The notes under the pieces: generated by a model | Seen by the model: only the letters and a program-made list of their open reading frames with translations | What the model was told of the DNA's origin: nothing | Databases searched by the model: none | In this document: one piece after another, positions 26,970-45,310 of the stretch | Position numbering within the stretch: the stretch's first letter is position 1 | Layout of the letters: every line of letters begins with the position of its first letter | Translations under genes and position numbers: made by a program | DNA from: the human T2T-CHM13v2.0 reference genome, Homo sapiens | Reading direction: 5' to 3' (one strand) | Length of the DNA: 64,000 nt | Assembly: GCF_009914755.1 (NCBI RefSeq) | Contig: NC_060928.1

Positions 26970-29229
26970 TGTATTAGTCTGTTCTCAGGCTGCTAATAAA
27001 GATATACCCAAGTCTGGGTAACTTATAAAGGAAAGAGGTTTAATTGACTCACAGTTCCAGACGGCTGGGGAGGCATCACAATCATTGCCGAATGTGAATG
27101 AGGAGCAAAGTCATCTATTACATGGCAGCAGGCAAGAGAGCTTGTGTAGGGAAACTCCTATTTATAATATCATCAGATCTCATAAGACTTATTCACGACC
27201 AAGAGAACAGTATGGAGGAAACCACCCCTGTAATTCAATTATCTCCACCTGACCCCACCCTTGACATGTGGGGATTATTACAATTCAATTTGAGATTTGG
27301 ATGGGGACACAGCCAAACCATATCATTCTGCCCCTGGCCCCTCCCAAGTCCCATGTCCTCACATTTGAAACCCAATCATGCCTTCCTGACAGTCCCTCAA
27401 TGTCTTAATTCATTCCAGCATTAACTCAAAAGTCCAAGTCTAAAGTTTCATCTGAGACAAGTCCTTTCCACCTATGAGCCTGTAAAATAAAAAATAAGTT
27501 AGTTACTTCCTAGATACAATGGGAGTACAGGTATTGGGTGAATACACCCTTTCCAAATGGGAGAAATTGGCCAAAATGAAGAGGTTACAGGCCACATGCA
27601 AGTCTGAAATCCAGCAGGGCAGTCAAATCTTAAAGCTCCAAAATGATCTCCTTTGACTCCATGTCTCACATCCAGGTTATTTTACCCAGGTAATGATGTT
27701 GCCAAAGGTGGGTTCCCACGGCCTTGGGCAGCTCCGCTCCTGTGGCTTTACAGGGTATATCCCCATACCTGGCTGTTTTCATGGGCTGGCATTGAGTGTA
27801 TGAGGCTTTTCCAGGCACACGGTACAAACTGTCCATGATTCTGCCATTCTGGACTCTGCAGGATCATAGCCCTCTTCTCACAGCTCCACTAGACAGTGTC
27901 CCAGTGGGGACTCTGTGTTGGGGTTTCAACCCCACATTTCTCTTCCACGCTGCCCTAGCAGGGACCCACCCCTGCAGCAAACTTCTGCCTGGACACACAG
28001 GCATTTCCATACATCCTCTGACATCTATGGAGGTTCACAAACCTCAATTCTTGACTTCTGTTTACCCGCAGGCTCAACATCATGTGGAAGCTGCCAGGGT
28101 TTGGGGCTTGCATCCTCTGGAGCCACAGCCTGAGCTGTACCTTCGTCCCTTTTAGCTATGACTGAAGCATCTGGGACCTGGGCACTAAGTCCCCAGGCTA
28201 CACACAGCAGGGAGCGCTGGGCTCGGCCCACAAAACCAATTTTTCCTCTTAGGCCTCTGGCTTGTGATATGAGGGGCTGCTGTGAAGGTCTCTGACATGC
28301 CCTGGAGACATTTTCCCGATTGGCTTGGTGATTAACATTCAGCTCCTCATTACTTATGCAAATTTCCACAGACAGCTTGAATTACTCCCCAGAAAATTTT
28401 TTTTTCTACTGCATCATCAGGCTGAAAATTTCCCAAACTTCTATGCTCTACCTCCTCTTGAACATGTTGCCACTTAGAAATTTCTTTCACCAGATACATT
28501 AAATCATCTCTCTCAAGTTCAAAGTTTCACAGATCTCTAGGGCAGGGGCAAAATGCCACCAGTCTGTGCTAAAACATAGCAAGAGTCACCTTTGCTCCAG
28601 TTCCCAACAAGTTCTTCATCTCCATCTGAGACCACCTCACCCTGGACCTTATTATTCATATCGCTATCAGCATTTTGTTCAAAGCCACTTAACAAGTCTC
28701 TAGGAAGTTCCAAACTTTCCCACATCCTCCTGTCTTCTTCTGAGCCCTCCAAACTGTTCCAACCTCTGCCTGTTACCCAGTTCCAAAGTCGCTTCCACAT
28801 TTTCAGGTATCTTTACAGCAGTGCCTCACTACCTGATACCAATTTACTGGATTATTAGTGTAAACTGTATTAGACAATTAGTCTGTTCTCACACTGCCAA
28901 TAAAGTCCTATTCAAGGCTGGGTCATTTATAAAGGAAAGAGGCTTAATTGACTCACAGTTCCACATGGCTGGGGAGGTCTCACAACCATGGCAGAAGGCA
29001 AATGAGGAGCAAAGTCACCCATTACACGGTGGCAGGCAAGAGAGCTTGTGTAGGGGATCTCCCATTTATAAAACCATCAGGTCTCATGAGATTTATTCAC
29101 TACCACGAGAACAATATGGGGAAAACCACCCCCATGATTCAATTATCTCCACCTGGCCCTGCCTTTGACACATGTGGATTATTACAATTCAAGGTGAGAT
29201 TTGGGTGGATACACAATCAAACCATATCA
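26970..29229 (-). mobile_element. Complete THE1 (THE1B/C-type) MaLR provirus: LTR 26970-27325, internal 27326-28847, LTR about 28866-29229
   Basis: Two homologous LTRs (tgtattag...aaaccatatca) with perfect CTTTT TSD at 26965-26969 and 29230-29234. MaLR internal ORF remnant at 28537-28800 (WNWVTGRGWNSLEGSEEDRRMWESLELPRDLL). Confidence 0.95.
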
Positions 29230-29646
29230 CTTTTTAGATGTACACGTAATGTTCAACAAGGCAGGCTCTTTTGTGGGGGGGGAGGGTAATAAAACACACT
29301 TCAATAAATTTTAAAAAATGTAAATGATACTAATTGTTTTCTTTGAGCATAATTGAATTAAATAAGACAAATACAGAAAGAGGACAGGAAAATCTTCAAG
29401 TGTTTGGAAATTAAACAGCACATTTCTAAAGAATTTGCGGGTCAGAAAACAAGTCTCAAGAGAAAGTAGAAAATACTCAGAACTAAATGAAAGCAATATC
29501 AAAATATGTGGCTATAGCCAGTCTTAGAGAAAAAGCACTAGAACAGTGCTAAAGCAACAAAGTAGCTAAAGCAATGCTCAGAGGGAAATTTATAGATGCT
29601 CGGAACAGCAGAAAAATCTCAAAGCTAAATTTCTACCACAAGAAAC

Positions 29647-29799
29647 AGAAGAAGAAAGAAGAAGAAGAAGAAGAAAAGAAGAAGAAGAAGAAGAAAGAAG
29701 AAGAAAGAAGAAGAAGAAAGAAGAAGAAAGAAGAAGAAGAAGAAGAAGAAGAAGAAGAAGAAGAAGAAGAAGAAGAAGAAGAAGAAGAAGAAGAAGAAA
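29647..29799 (+). repeat. (GAA)n microsatellite: interrupted 5' part plus 23 perfect GAA units (29730-29798)
   Basis: Counted directly. The 153 bp contain only A and G. Confidence 0.97.
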
Positions 29800-30334
29800 T
29801 AGAAAAAAATAAAAATGAACCCAAACAAACAGAAGGAAGGAAATAACTAAAGACAGGAGCAGAAAATCAGTGAAACTGAAAACAGGACATTAGCCTGTGC
29901 CTATAGTAAGATAATGTGAGAAGATAGTGAATCAGTGAAAGAATGAAAAAGAGTCATCAGAGAGGAAAAGAAAAATAAATTATCTCATTTGAATTTTAGG
30001 GAGAAATGTCAACAGGAATGGGCTAGACAGTAATATCAACACCACAAAGGTCAAGCAGGAGAATTAGGAGCATTGGTTAAACTGTAACAATGGGGGAGTT
30101 CGTTCCTGACTTTTAATGTAATAATAAAGTCAAGGTAGTATAGAAGTGTAATTTCAATTATCTCACTGCTAAAACATAAAGATATGGAAATAATTTTGTA
30201 ACCACTCTTAAAGACAGTATGGGAGCTTGATCAGGTATCACAATTAAAGAAAAAAGCTTTAATATATTTTACAACTGCTTATGTTTGAAGATCTTACCAA
30301 AGAGCCACTGAGGAATAAATAGAAAATGACCAAT

Positions 30335-30460
30335 TGTGAGGTGATAGATATGTGAATTATCCCGATTTGATCATTATACATTGTATACATGTATCAAAAT
30401 ATCACACTGTATCCATAAATATGTATGTACAATTATGTGTCAATTAAAATAATAAAAAAG
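30335..30460 (+). mobile_element. L1MA-type 3' end
   Basis: gtgaggtgatagatatgtg...tttgatcattatacattgtatacatgtatcaaaatatcacactgta...gtcaattaaaataataaaaaa. Confidence 0.8.
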
Positions 30461-32904
30461 TGTGAAGTTTTGAGGGCCAAGAAAAAAAGAAAATGAGTAA
30501 TTATAAGATGAAAGAATGGAAGAAGTGATCAATGGAATAGTTCAGAAGGAATGCTGGATGAGATGAAGAATAGACTGGAAGAGGTGCCATTGTTGGGGAG
30601 GAGAGGAGGATGTTAAATTGGAAAAAGAATGACGGTGTATCCTTGGAAATTAGAAATCATGGACAAATCATGGAAAATGTTCAGAGAAATTTTGAAAGAT
30701 ATGGATAGTAACATTTTTAAAGTTTTAATTAACTTGTTTTATTATTTGTAAATTTGGAGGCAGTTAACTCACTCTAATAATGAGACAGAATGGCTGTAGG
30801 GTCTTCAGAAAAGTGAAAAACCTGCAATTAAGAAATGTTTGGGAATGTATTTATGTACTGAGATTTATTTACATATGAATAAAAAGCACTGTTTAGCGCA
30901 AAATATTCAAGTGAGATTAGGTAATATGATACTATGAATTTTACTGAAACAAGAAACATGACTAATGAATTTCTCCAATATCTAGTGACAAAACATCTCC
31001 ACCATTTTCATGCTGTAAGAGGGAAAGGATTGGGGCCTGACGAGGGGATGGACTTTAAATATCAATTAATGGGCACATCAACTGTAAACATTTTTATGAT
31101 ACTAATTGAATTTTGGAAATAATAGATGTTTACTATTCTCAAGACCTAATCAATGACAAAAACATTTCTAATATTTCCCTCCATGTTTTAATCTGCCTTC
31201 TCAGTTACTTTGACTTCTCTGCTACTTTTTCCTAAACTTCTTTATTCATTCTTTTTGTGCTCTTGTTACTTCTTGTCTCTTTATTCTACCACTTCATTTC
31301 TCTTTTATTAGAGTGCACATTCTTCCTCACATTGTTTCTCCATCTTTAGCTCCACTAAAAATCCATCTTTTGACACTTATTTAAATAAATCAGTAAGTAT
31401 TCATAATTTACAATATTGAAATCTCTAAGGAAAAAACTACTTATAAGATTATAATTTTAAAAATTAGACACTTTAATATAACAAACTAATCATATATTAA
31501 TATAATTAGTTATATTAATATATTAAATATGTCATATTGATAAATTAATACATATTTACACTCAAAATATATAATATTAATATGCAGTAATAATTTAAAA
31601 TCTATACTGATATTTTTACTATAAATTGATCCAAAAACTAAAAGCATGTGAGTAGGACAAACCACCTAAATAATCAATAGAAATGATTCTCTTTTTCTCC
31701 ATATTTGTTGTTATTTTAGCTGTCATTTTTATTATAATTTTTATCCACATCCATTAAATTGTGGAACTTTGCAAAGACAAGATAAAAGCACTTTTCAGAA
31801 AGTTTTTATTCTCAATTATAAATGTTCCCACCAATGCAGTTATCAAAAAAGACAAAGAAATTCGACATCACATATGGCCAGAGAAAATTTCTTATGCCAT
31901 AAAGTTCTACTATACTTTCTGAATTTTACTATCATCTGAGGCATGATGTGTCTTACGGCAATCAGCATCCATAGCAGAACAGTGTTAATGCTTTGATTCA
32001 CATTTTCAGTTTAATTAAAATTCTTCCTTGTCTTCAGACGGTTTTCCTTTCTATCTGAAGTTAAATCCTTTTGTATCCTCTGCCTATGGGCCCAAAGTGA
32101 TTTATGTAGCTGCACTGGTAGACAGTTCAAAAACATGCTTAGAATCATTTATTCGACTTTTGCTATTCTGATTTAAATACATGCTTCCAACATCAAGAGC
32201 AATAACTTCCTGAGGCCTATGGGAAAATTGTACAAGTCTTCTTTCTAGTTTCCTCAGTAATTGTGCCAGTACCAGACCTACTAAAATGCATAGTATAACG
32301 ACCCCATTAAATGGGCATATCTAAGCTTTTATAGAACCATTATAACTAGAAATGACATCAAACAAAGCTGAAAAGCATACACTGTGAAACATATTCTTCA
32401 TAGAAATGGGAGCTCAGGCTTATAAAAACTTCTTGAAACTCTTGCACTTAAGTTCAATTGAAATGAGGATATGAATATAAAATATTTTAGTTTATAATTT
32501 TTAGCCTATTATGTTGGTAATAGAGACAATTGCAAAAATATCTGCAATTACAAGGCAAAATTTGAATGGATAACAAGAGAACAGAATGAAATAGTATTTT
32601 CTTCATAATTCTATGTGCAAAGGAGATGTTTATCAAAGTCATTAATTTTGGAATCAAGTATTTCTCTGTGTTCAAAAAATTAACATTAAAAATGGTCAAA
32701 ACATTGATTTAAATTGTTTAATGTTAAATATCTTATGTGTTAATTTTACCTACTATAAAATCTAAAACTTTTATATTAAAAATGTATTTCTCAGTGGTAA
32801 AAAATGTTGTAGTTAATTATAGGGTCTTCAACAAACACACACACAAATAAATATTTCTAAAGAAACACCCTATAAATTATATAGTAAGACTCTAATGTCA
32901 ATTT

Positions 32905-33100
32905 CTATATTTATTTATTGAACCCATATAAGATTTCCCCTGTGCCAAACTCCCTTCTAAGCAACTTATAAATACTGATTAAAAGTTCATAACAATCTTG
33001 TATGTTACGCCCTATTAAGGTGAGAATTTTACATGAGAAAGGTGATACACAAAGGATTAAATAACTTGTCCTAGGTAGGAAGTGTTGGAGCCTGATTGTG
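32905..33100 (-). mobile_element. MIR SINE (decayed)
   Basis: tttattgaac...tgtgccaaac...tcataacaatcttg...ttttacatgagaaag...attaaataacttgtcctaggt. Confidence 0.6.
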
Positions 33101-33827
33101 AAAAGGGGGTGAGAAGGGAATCAAATCTTAAAATCGCTAAGTCCATGTAGTTTCTTTTAGCAGTAGCTGTCATCCACTACTATAAAGAAAGCAAATTAAG
33201 GGTCACAATTCTCTACATACTATCCACAGTTATCTATTTTGGATAATTAGACATTATCATCAAAGTTCCTAATAACCACTGCTTTGTTTTTCCTTCCTCC
33301 CCTTTTCCATCACCAGTTTTTTTCTTTTCTCTTTTATTTTGTTTTTCAATATTGAATGAGCACCAGGCATTTTAACAAGACTTGAAGGATAAAAAGCACA
33401 AGTTCTCACAATGTTTAAAACAGATAAGATGCACAGATAGGTATATAGATCAATATAAGCTGTACATGGGTGCTCACATCATATCAAGGAGCACATAGGA
33501 TAGAAAACCTTACCCAGTCTGGATGTAGGACCTTACTAGTGTTCTTCAAAGTGACAACTAAACTGGGGTTAGGTAAAAGCGTTGGTAAGTGGATGCCAAA
33601 GGTGTAGATAGAAAAGAGCAAATTATCAAAATGTGAAGGAATATGAACAGTTCTGGGAACTGCAAACCATGTGGTATAAAACCAGAAAGTTAAGCAGGAA
33701 TTAGAAAATTAAGAGACGAATTAAGAAAGTATTATTTTATGCTCAACATTACAAGACTGAAGGATTTTAATTACAGAAATATCTAAACTCTGTGTGGTAA
33801 AAATATCATTTTATAAAATATACCAGG

Positions 33828-36585
<2,758 letters not shown>

Positions 36586-36589
36586 AGAA

Positions 36590-38420
36590 TTATGTGAATT
36601 TCAGTTGCTTCACATTGTCATCAATATCTGGCATCATCAGTCTTATTCATTCTAGCTATTCATATTGGTATGTAGTGTTATCTATTTGTGATTTTAGTTT
36701 TCATTTACCAAAACAAGATTAGACAGGTTTTTATGAACTTATGATTTTTTGGATATTCTTTCTTAAAATAAATACTCAGTTTATTTGTCCATATTTTCTA
36801 CTGAGTTGTGTCTTTTGTATTGGTTTGCTGGAGTTACTGATATATACTTTGGATACATGGTATTTTGGCCAGCATGCACTACAGATATCTTTTTCCACTT
36901 TTTGTTTGCTTGTTTGTTTCTGGAGAAAGAGTCTCGCTGTGTCACCCAGGCTGGAATGCAGTGGCATGATCTTGGCTCAGTGCAATGCCACCTCCCAGGT
37001 TCAAGTAATTCTTGGGCCTCAGCCTCCTGAGTAGCTGGGATTACAGGTACACCCTCCCACACCCAGCTAATTTTTTTATTTTTAGTAGAAATGGGGTTTT
37101 GCCATGTTGCCCAGGCTGGTCTTAAACTCCTAAGTGCAAATGATCTGCCCACCTTGACCTTCCAAAGTGCTGGGATTACAAGTCTGAGGCACCATGCCTG
37201 GCCATCTTTTCCCACTTTCTTAATTTTGTTCATTCCACTTTATTAATACTGCCTTCTGATGTAAAGAAAACCTTAATTTAACATAACTGAATTCATAATA
37301 ATTTTCTTGATTTTTAGTGCTTTATTTAGTTTTAGGAATTATTCTCAATCATAATTGCATGATGATATTATCATGTCTTATCTTCCAGAAGCATTTTGCT
37401 TTGCCTTTTTTATTTAGATTTACAAAATTCCTGGAATTGACTTTTGTTTATGGTGTGAGGTGAGGGATCAAGTTTCACTTTGTCCAAATGAATTTTGAAC
37501 TGATCTAGTACCATTTACTAAAAATAGCATCTTATTACTTTTGCATTGCTATTTTGGTTATAATTGAATCCTCCCATTGACTTCTGGCTTCCATTGTTTA
37601 TTTAAAAACCAAGTACTACTCTAATTTTTATTGCTTAAACAATATGTTTTTGTCTGCCTGCCCTAAAAAGTGTCTCTTTATCTTTGATTTTACCAGTATT
37701 ACTATAATGTATCTGCATAGGCTTTTTTGTATTGTCATGATGTAATTGTGTCTTTCATCACTTTTGAGGAATTTTTAGCTATTATCTCTTCAAATGTTGT
37801 TTCTGTCTCATTCTATCTCTCCTCTGGTTCAGGATAAATGTATATTTGAGCACCTCATTGTATAATGTAGGTTTCTCACTTTCTTGTCTGTATTATTTAC
37901 TGCTTTTTCTCTCTGTACTTCTTTCTGAATATTTTGTTCTGACCTAAATTCTAGTTTATTAACTCTTGCCTCGTTTGTTTCTCACTTCCTGTTAAATACA
38001 ACCATTTCATTTTAATGAAAATTATTTTATTTCAAAATTTTGTTTTTATATAAATTGTCTATGCTGTGGTTTTCTGTAATTTCTATTTTTTGCTAAATAC
38101 TTAATCTTGTTTTTATGACCTTGAAAAATAGACACTTAGCAGTTATAAAGTCTAGTAGAAAGTCCTGATATTTCAGGCCCCTCTAGGTCTGTTGTTAATT
38201 TTTATTGGTGTTTTTTTTTCTGTTTCTCTTGTATGTTGACATCTCTTTTCATGTACCCGGTTATTTTATATTGTATGCCAGAATTTCCATTTGAAAGTTA
38301 GTTAAAATATTCTAGGCATAAGATAATCCCATTTTTTTTCCCAGAAGAGATTGCTTTTGGCTAGAAAGGGATACTAGAAATCTTGGGTCATCTTTGCTCA
38401 ACATCAGAGTGGAGCTTCTA
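36590..38420 (-). mobile_element. Ancient L1ME/L1M5 fragments
   Basis: Antisense L1 motifs (ttcagttgcttcacatt, ggtgtgaggtgagggatcaagtttc, agctattatctcttcaaatgttgtttctgtctcattct). Confidence 0.65.
36902..37203 (-). mobile_element. AluJ (Jb-like) with TSD
   Basis: Dimer flanked by atctttt(t/c)ccacttt at 36887-36901 and 37204-37218. Confidence 0.92.
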
Positions 38421-38794
38421 GTCATCTGAATTGAAAATTTGAAGAGTTTGCACATCAACTTCCTACCTTTGCTTCCTTGTATGTTCCAATCTTGTATCTT
38501 GATCACACTGGAACTGGGATACTTTCAAATTTCCTATGTAGGCCTTCAGGCTCCTGCCTGTTTCTTCTTATACTGGCTAACACCCCCAAGTGAAAAGTGG
38601 CCCCAGAAATCTAGTGAATTTTTCTTTGTTTTTCTCCTCTAACATTTTCATCAAATCTTTCTTCATTAGTTTATTGCATCCCCAAGGCTTTGATAACAAA
38701 TGAAGCAAATATTTTCAAATTTTTCTGGTTACCCAATAAGAAAAATCATGTGACTTTCCACACCTGCCATCATTGGAAGTGACAAAACTCTAGA

Positions 38795-39788
38795 TGCTTG
38801 GGTCATTGTTATCATTTGTCTATCTTCCTTGGTATGCTCTATTCTTCGTTGTGGAGTAATAAATATAGACAGCCCTCTTGGTGGATTCTTCCCCTGAAAA
38901 TGCTCTTGTTTTTCTGTGTCAGTTGGCCAGGTTGTGCATTTTCCAAATGTCTATGCTCTCTTTTCCTTTTAATTATAATTTCAACTTTAAGTCATTCCTT
39001 TGCTCTTTCATCTGAGCTCAGAATGTTAGAAGGAGCCAGGCCACCTCTTGAAGACTGCTTCCTTTTTTTTTTTTTTTGGCCAGATACTTTAAGTCATCAG
39101 TCTTAAGTTCAGCCTTCCATGAAGTCCTAGGACATGGACACAGTGCAGCCAGTTTCTTTGCTAGGGGGTGACAAGAGTGATCTTTGCTCTAGTTCCCAAT
39201 AAATTTCTCATTTTTATCTGAAGCTTTGGCAATGTGGCCTTCATTGTCCGTATTTCTTTCAGCATTTTGGTTACAAACACTTAACCCGTCTGTAAGAAAT
39301 TCCAAACTTTCCCTTGTCTCCCTGTCTTCTTCTGAGCCCTCCAAATTCTTCCGGCCTCTGTGTATTACCCAGTTCCAAAGCCATTTCCACATTTTAGGTA
39401 TCTTTATAGCAACATCCCATTCCTTGGTACCAATTTTCTGTATTACTCTGATTTGCATTGCATTAAAGGAATATCTGAGACTGGGTGATTTTTAAAGAAA
39501 AAATGTTTATTTGGCTTATGGTTTTGCAGGCTGTACAAGCATAGCACCCAGCATCTATCAAGCTTCTGGCAAGGCTTCAGGAAGCAAGAGAGACAGAGGG
39601 AAGTTGGTTGCAGAGTCTTTTTTAACAACCAGCTCTTACATAAACATATTACAATGAAAAGGGACACCAAGCTATTCATGAGTGACCTACCCCCATGAAC
39701 CAAACAACTCTTACCAGGCCCTGTATTCAACATTAGGGATTCCATTTCAACATGAGATTTGGAGAGGAGAAACATCCAAAGTATATCA
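38795..39788 (-). mobile_element. MST (MSTB-like) provirus remnant: partial internal sequence plus LTR 39439-39788
   Basis: MaLR ORF remnant at 39189-39458 (WKWLWNWVIHRGRKNLEGSEEDRETRESLE). LTR tgtattactc...gagaaacatccaaagtatatca. Confidence 0.88.
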
Positions 39789-40019
39789 CAAGTATACCTC
39801 AGAAATGCTGCAGGTTCAGTTTTCAGCCACCACAATAAAGCAAATATTGCAATAAAGCAATTCACACCAATTTTTTGGCCTTCTAATACATTTAAAATTA
39901 CATTTTTACTATACTATGGTCAAGTATGCAATAGCTTTATGTCTAAAAAACAATGTACATACTTTAAAAATATTTTATTGCTAAAAAATACTAACAATCA
40001 TCTGAGCCTTTAGTGAGTC

Positions 40020-42115
<2,096 letters not shown>

Positions 42116-42491
42116 TATAGGGTTATTAATTGGCCTAATTTTAATATTACTGTGTCTCATGAGATAGGGAAGCCTGAGAAGAGGTGGAGAGACAGGGGAA
42201 TAGCAGGTCATTGGATAAGTCAGAACATACATAGCATTTCTCAATTAAGTTTGTTGTCTTATACTGGTGTAGTTCATGGCACTCTAAAACAATTACAATA
42301 GTAACATCAAAGATCACTGATCACAGATCACCATTAGAGACATCATATTGAACAATCTGAAATATTTGCAAGAATTACCCACTGTGACAAAGAGATATGA
42401 AGTGAGCACATATTGGAAAACGGCCCCCACACATTTGCTTGACTCAGGACTGCCACAGACCTGCAATTTATTTAAAATTCAATATCTTCAG

Positions 42492-42846
<355 letters not shown>

Positions 42847-42959
42847 ATCTTCAAAGCTCAATAAGATGAAGGACAGTAAAACAAGGTATGCCTGCATCTT
42901 TAAAACTAAAAATCCCTCCTAAGTAAATTTATCTTTTTTTAAAAAAATGACAATCTTAA

Positions 42960-43309
<350 letters not shown>

Positions 43310-44319
43310 AGAATTATCACTTTCTTATGACCCATTTATTCTCTCCACTGTTATAACATTGGTTTTGATCTGCATACATTCAACACGTATTTTATTGAGT
43401 ACCTAATATTAGCCACTCTACTCAAAGTGATTTCTTGGAGATAGCTGGATTTCTATACCTAATTGGTAATTCAAAATCCATTGATAATACTAAACCCCTA
43501 TAAAACTTTGCTTGGTCCTGTACTTACCTACAGTTTTGCCTTTTGGGTAACTTTTCATTTTAATTTGCTGTAAGTGAATAATTATTTGTTCAACTTTCCT
43601 GTTTCCTTAATTTTGTTTCTCTTGCTGTGTTTCTAATATATACCTTTCTTTTTAGTTTTTCAGGCAAAATAATTATTAGTTGATTTTGGAAGAAGTCTTT
43701 GATTTTCTCCAAAATGCCCTGCAAAGTGTTCTTTTTCTATAATAATTATCAAGAAAACACCTGCATAGTACTTTGCATTTCTGCCTCTCTAGTAAGAGCC
43801 ATTTGTTTATGTTCACTGTCTGTAATAAGTAAGACTCCAACTGTTCTGTTGAAATGGGAAACAATATTTTAGATTCCATTTTGGAGGTGGCAGTTTCTTT
43901 CTGATTAGATTCTAAGCTGAAAATAAATTGTCCCAGTTTCTAAATTACCTCCTCCCAGAAGAAGGGAATGGTCTAAGGTCTATTATTATTTAATCATTTT
44001 ATGCACAGTATTTTATAAAGCTGTAATTCTAAACATGGTTGATTTTCAGAATTTTTTTAAATTAAAAATTATATGTGATGTTATCTAGACAGATTGAATC
44101 AAAATTCCTGAGGATAGAACCTAGAAACTTTTTGTAAGTTTGTTTAGTTTGGCTTTTAACCTCCTTTGATAACTGTGATAATCAGCCAGGACTGATTTTC
44201 TGCAATAGATTGTTTATTTCCCTCAAATCAAATCTTTTAGATAAAAAACTTAACACTAGTTTTTACATATGACTTATTGCATCCTGATATATCTCTATTT
44301 AAATTCATATGAGTACTAA

Positions 44320-45310
44320 TTACCATTTCCAGCCACCTAGGATTACAATATCAAACCTAAGCATTTTTGTCTCTCTTGTCTTTGCTTCCTCAATTTCCAC
44401 CCAGTCTCCAGAATATACTGATTTTATGTCCACCACGTTTTTATCATATGCCTTCTCCTTTACATTTTCACTGTGACTATCCTAATTTAACATTTTTCTT
44501 GCTAAGACTTTTTTAAGAGCCTATTTTCCCTGATTCCAAGTTTAAGGCCACATAATCCATCCAATAACTTAATAACAAAACCACAGCTTGACCTTAGCAT
44601 GACTTTTTTCAAACCTTTTTTTCTTTTTTTTTTTTTTTAGACAAGGTCTCACTCTGTTGCCTGGGCTGGAGTGCAGTGGTGCAATCATAGCTCACTGAAG
44701 CCCCAAACTCCGGGGTTCAAGTGATCCTCCCACCTGAGCCTCCTGAGTAGCTAGGAATACAAGCATGCACCACCACACCTGGCTAATGAAACATTTTTAA
44801 TAGCTCTTAAATTTCTACAATGCAAGGTGGTTATTCATAGGCTGGCATTCAAAACCTGCTATAATCTGGTCACGGTGTATCCTTTTAGCTTTGTCTCTCT
44901 TCTTCCCCTTCATGTACTGCTCCTTAGTCTACCTATTCACCCAACATGTTCTGCACTTTTTAGCTTTTATGTATTTTTACATGGCATCCCTTTCATCTGA
45001 TTTGTCTTCCTCTGTCTCTATTTGTTCAAATATCATTTATATTTCAAAGTAAAGTTTAAATGTCACCTTCTTCAAATTTTACTTGGTCTCACATGGTAAC
45101 AGGGATCTACTTGTCTTCACAACATTATTACCTTATGTTACAGATATTTTGCATGGAGCTTTTCTATACTCATTGCTTGTAAGCTCACTGAAAGTTGAAA
45201 CTGTAAATTATTCAGCTTTCCGTGCTTCTGAATGCCTAGCATATTGCCTTGCCCACGATGAAGGCACAGTAATTTATGGAATAAATTGGTGGGTCTATGA
45301 ATAAATAGTT
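44320..45310 (+). mobile_element. L2 fragment ending in its 3' terminus
   Basis: ggctggcattcaaaacctgctataatctgg...aaatgtcacctt...gaatgcctagcatattgccttgcccac...aatttatggaataaat. Confidence 0.6.
44621..44788 (-). mobile_element. Alu monomer (FRAM or AluJ right arm)
   Basis: Single arm with poly-T and AluJ diagnostics (caatcatagctcactg, gatcctcccacc). TSD aaac(c/a)ttttt. Confidence 0.88.

Larger units (their letters stand above)
26225..29880 (+). mobile_element. Old L1M ORF2 endonuclease-region fragment, split by the THE1 provirus and the GAA repeat
   Basis: ctataattacattgaa...ctaaacacaccaattaaaagacag...ctgtctacaag...gaaaatcagcaaggatatagaagaa before 26970. Collinear L1 resumes after 29235 (ttggaaattaaacagcacatttctaaa, gagggaaatttatag). 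Confidence 0.8.

Noticed and set aside
27098-29289. Dense cluster of 60-120 aa ORFs
   Set aside because: All lie within THE1 LTR/internal sequence, whose higher GC content yields chance ORFs plus the known decayed MaLR ORF.
29647-29799. Identification as the FXN or FGF14 disease GAA locus
   Set aside because: The FXN repeat lies in an Alu, whereas this one lies in an L1. The flanks do not match what I recall of the FGF14 locus. The locus cannot be assigned without mapping.
29574-29846. Poly-Glu/Lys ORF, and poly-Phe/Ser ORFs on the opposite strand
   Set aside because: These are translations of the GAA microsatellite inside an L1 remnant. There is no gene structure.
31430-31630. Extremely AT-rich stretch (similar one at 16200-16370)
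   Set aside because: Low-complexity sequence with no definable repeat unit or long palindrome.
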